A DNA stretch of 64,000 nucleotides from the NCBI GenBank assembly GCA_904063045.1, contig CAJFCJ010000092.1, positions 1-64,000 on the forward strand, given 5' to 3'. The notes beneath the pieces were generated by a model, which saw nothing but the letters and a program-made list of their open reading frames with translations, had not been told where the DNA came from and did no database searches. This DNA comes from Dimorphilus gyrociliatus. Lineage: Eukaryota; Animalia; Annelida. Position numbers and translations under genes: made by a program. Of the stretch, positions 61,990-64,000 are shown in pieces; position 1 is the first letter of the stretch; each line of letters starts with the position of its first letter.

Positions 61990-63040
61990 TGAAGATATTG
62001 TGAGAGCAAATCTTTTGGACTATTTAACTGGTCCTGCAGGAGATTTGGTGTTAGCTCTTGATGGAGAGCATACTGTAGAGGAAGTATGGAAAGCCCTCAT
62101 GATGGGTTTGATTTTGATCCAAGGGAGTATCAAGAGAAATGATATACCTTGAAGCAAATGAATGGAGAAAGTGTGGTTAAGTTTGTTAATACTGTAAAGA
62201 AATTGATAAAGAGATTTTCTCTACTTAGACCAAAGAACCCACAATTGGTTGCAACAATAAAAGAAATGAAACTGATGGAAGTTCATAAAGAGGACTACAA
62301 GATAATGTTTTACATTTTGTGAACACCTTACATCCTAGATGTCAGACATTGGCAAAATTATATGAAGCTGCTAAGAAAGCAGAAATCTCATTTAAAGCTA
62401 ACCCAGAGAACACCAATCATAATAGTGTCCAAGTTGGAAACTAAAAAGAGAAAAGAGGCCAAAAAGACCTAAGTGATAAGGAAAGTTGCTTCTACAGAAA
62501 AAACACTGCTAAAGAAAAGTGGTCAAACCAAAAATTCCAAAAATATGCAATACTTTCAACAAACAGGTATTAAAAAGAAAAATCAACCAGTAAAGTTGGT
62601 CCTGAAGGAAGAAACTACACTAAAAAATTAGAAACATCAGATAATGACAATATGTCAGAAAATGATGAAGGTTCTGTTTTTCAGATAGTCAAGAATCCAC
62701 TTTAGTAGATTCTTGTAGTGACAGGTCTTTTATTTCAAAAATGGTATTAAAACAAATTCAAGGAAAGTCATTCTTCCAAAAACAAATTGTGAAAAAGGCT
62801 AGAGATGCTTCAAGTAATACAATAAAGACAAAAGCCATATAGAATGCCATCTCAGAAACCAGAAGAATGTCAGCAACAAATCACTGAATTGGTTAAAAGC
62901 AAAGTTATTCAGCAAAGCAAGAGCAATTAGGCATCACCAATTGACTTTGTAAGAAGGAAGGAAGGTAGTCTATAAATGTGTGTAGAGAACAGAAAACTAA
63001 ACAACATGACAATGAAGAACAAGTACCCACTACCAAATCA
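61990..63040 (+). mobile_element. Ty3/gypsy retrotransposon gag-pol relic
   Basis: Gag-like LKQMNGESVVKF; RT N-terminus QKPYRMP...QQQITELV...SN*ASPIDFVRRKEGSL*MCVENRKLNNMTMKNKYPLP, with stops. Confidence 0.8.
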
Positions 63041-63059
63041 ATAAGGGTTGTCAATAGAA

Positions 63060-63560
63060 GAATTAGAGTTGTTTTTTAGAGAATGATCATAGATACTAGA
63101 AAAAAGAAATTTGCATATTATATTTATAGAAAATTACAAAAACTTACTTTTCAATGTTAGTAAAAGATGATTCTGTTCTTCAAAATATCTTTAACAAACT
63201 CACCAAATATGAAACTATCATTTTTCAAGCTCATATTATCTAACTTCTTAATCTTGAAACTAGAAATTGTATAAGTATTTCTTTTCTTTTCCTTTAGAAA
63301 ATATATTGAACAAGAATACTAAAAATAAATTTAGCAAGGGTCAACTTTACTTTTGAAATTTTAAAATTTTTCAAAATATTTATATCAAGAGAAATTAAAT
63401 TATCATTCATTACAGAAATTTCTTCACAGATTTGCTTGATACAGTGAAAATATTGAAAATTGTGGAAAAATTTGTAATCTTGGCATAGATTTTCAAATTG
63501 TTTTTTTAAAAATATCTCCCTTTGCAATTTTAAAATCTGTTGAACTATTTTTTAAATTTC
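63060..63560 (-). pseudogene. Possible decayed N-terminus of a BC-box/LRR gene
   Basis: LQREIFLKKQFENLCQDYK...IKQICEEI...KISKVKL loosely parallels the N-terminus of the 13906-15183 protein; broken frames follow. Confidence 0.25.
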
Positions 63561-64000
63561 TACAGTAGACAATAGTATTTAGTAATTTTTAATCTCACTT
63601 TGTAATATTTTATCATTTGTCATTTGTCTATTGTGAAAAAAGGAAAAGAATAAGATATATTTTTTGAAAAGATTTTTTATTATCTAACTTTTCAGTTTCC
63701 CTTTTCATTTTGGTAGCTTTGAAAGATGTTTGAATTTCTTTAGCTGAATATAGATACGGATTAAGAATTGCATTTAGTGGTATGATTAATCCAACAATTA
63801 GACTATAAGTGTTGTTATTTATGTTAATTTGGAAAATTATAGAGGCTATGGCTTTAAAATAGAGAACATTTTAAAAGATTTTATATTTGTATTATATTTG
63901 TTTAACCAATTTTTCAAACCTAAAGCAGATATTGGAGCCCAACACAAAACATTAGATAGTGATAGCATGTATACAAGTTTCGAAATATTCTTTACAGGTG

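Noticed and set aside
1-64000. Prokaryotic or phage origin; tRNA or rRNA genes
   Set aside because: Spliceosomal introns and animal-specific domain sets occur throughout; no cloverleaf or rRNA-like segment was recognised by eye, although no scan was run.

Overview
Very AT-rich eukaryotic (animal) DNA with tiny GT-AG introns, mostly 50-70 bp, so the ORF track splits most genes. The gene set (GRL101-type LDLa-LRR GPCR, NLRs, DEG/ENaC, C1q, TNFR) and the compactness suggest a miniaturised lophotrochozoan/annelid genome; Dimorphilus gyrociliatus is a plausible but unverified candidate. I manually spliced about 17 genes: a secreted CBM14x2-TSP1-C1q protein (cut by the window start), a CACHD1-like protein, two NACHT-LRR (NLR) receptors, a BC-box LRR protein, trypsin, a GRL101-like GPCR, a DEG/ENaC channel, an orphan GPCR, an ACP5-type phosphatase, a discoidin/FAMeT-like protein, a PAN mini-protein, three TNFR/ZU5-cluster genes, a bacterial-looking GNAT and a CUB protein. 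There are also many transposon relics (LTR/PBS-gag, MITEs, mariner, two Tc1, MULE, gypsy), concentrated at 42-43.5 kb and 53-64 kb. The best candidate for an undescribed system is the 43.8-50.4 kb cluster. It holds a receptor joining a TNFR-type cysteine-rich ectodomain to an ankyrin/UNC5/PIDD-like ZU5-UPA-death-domain tail, an ectodomain-only copy, a membrane-anchored tail-only copy without an intact death domain, and a pseudo-exon. Next is an NLR with no N-terminal effector domain and 13 perfect 171-nt LRR units that vary mainly on the predicted concave face. All domain calls come from motif recognition by eye, not database searches.
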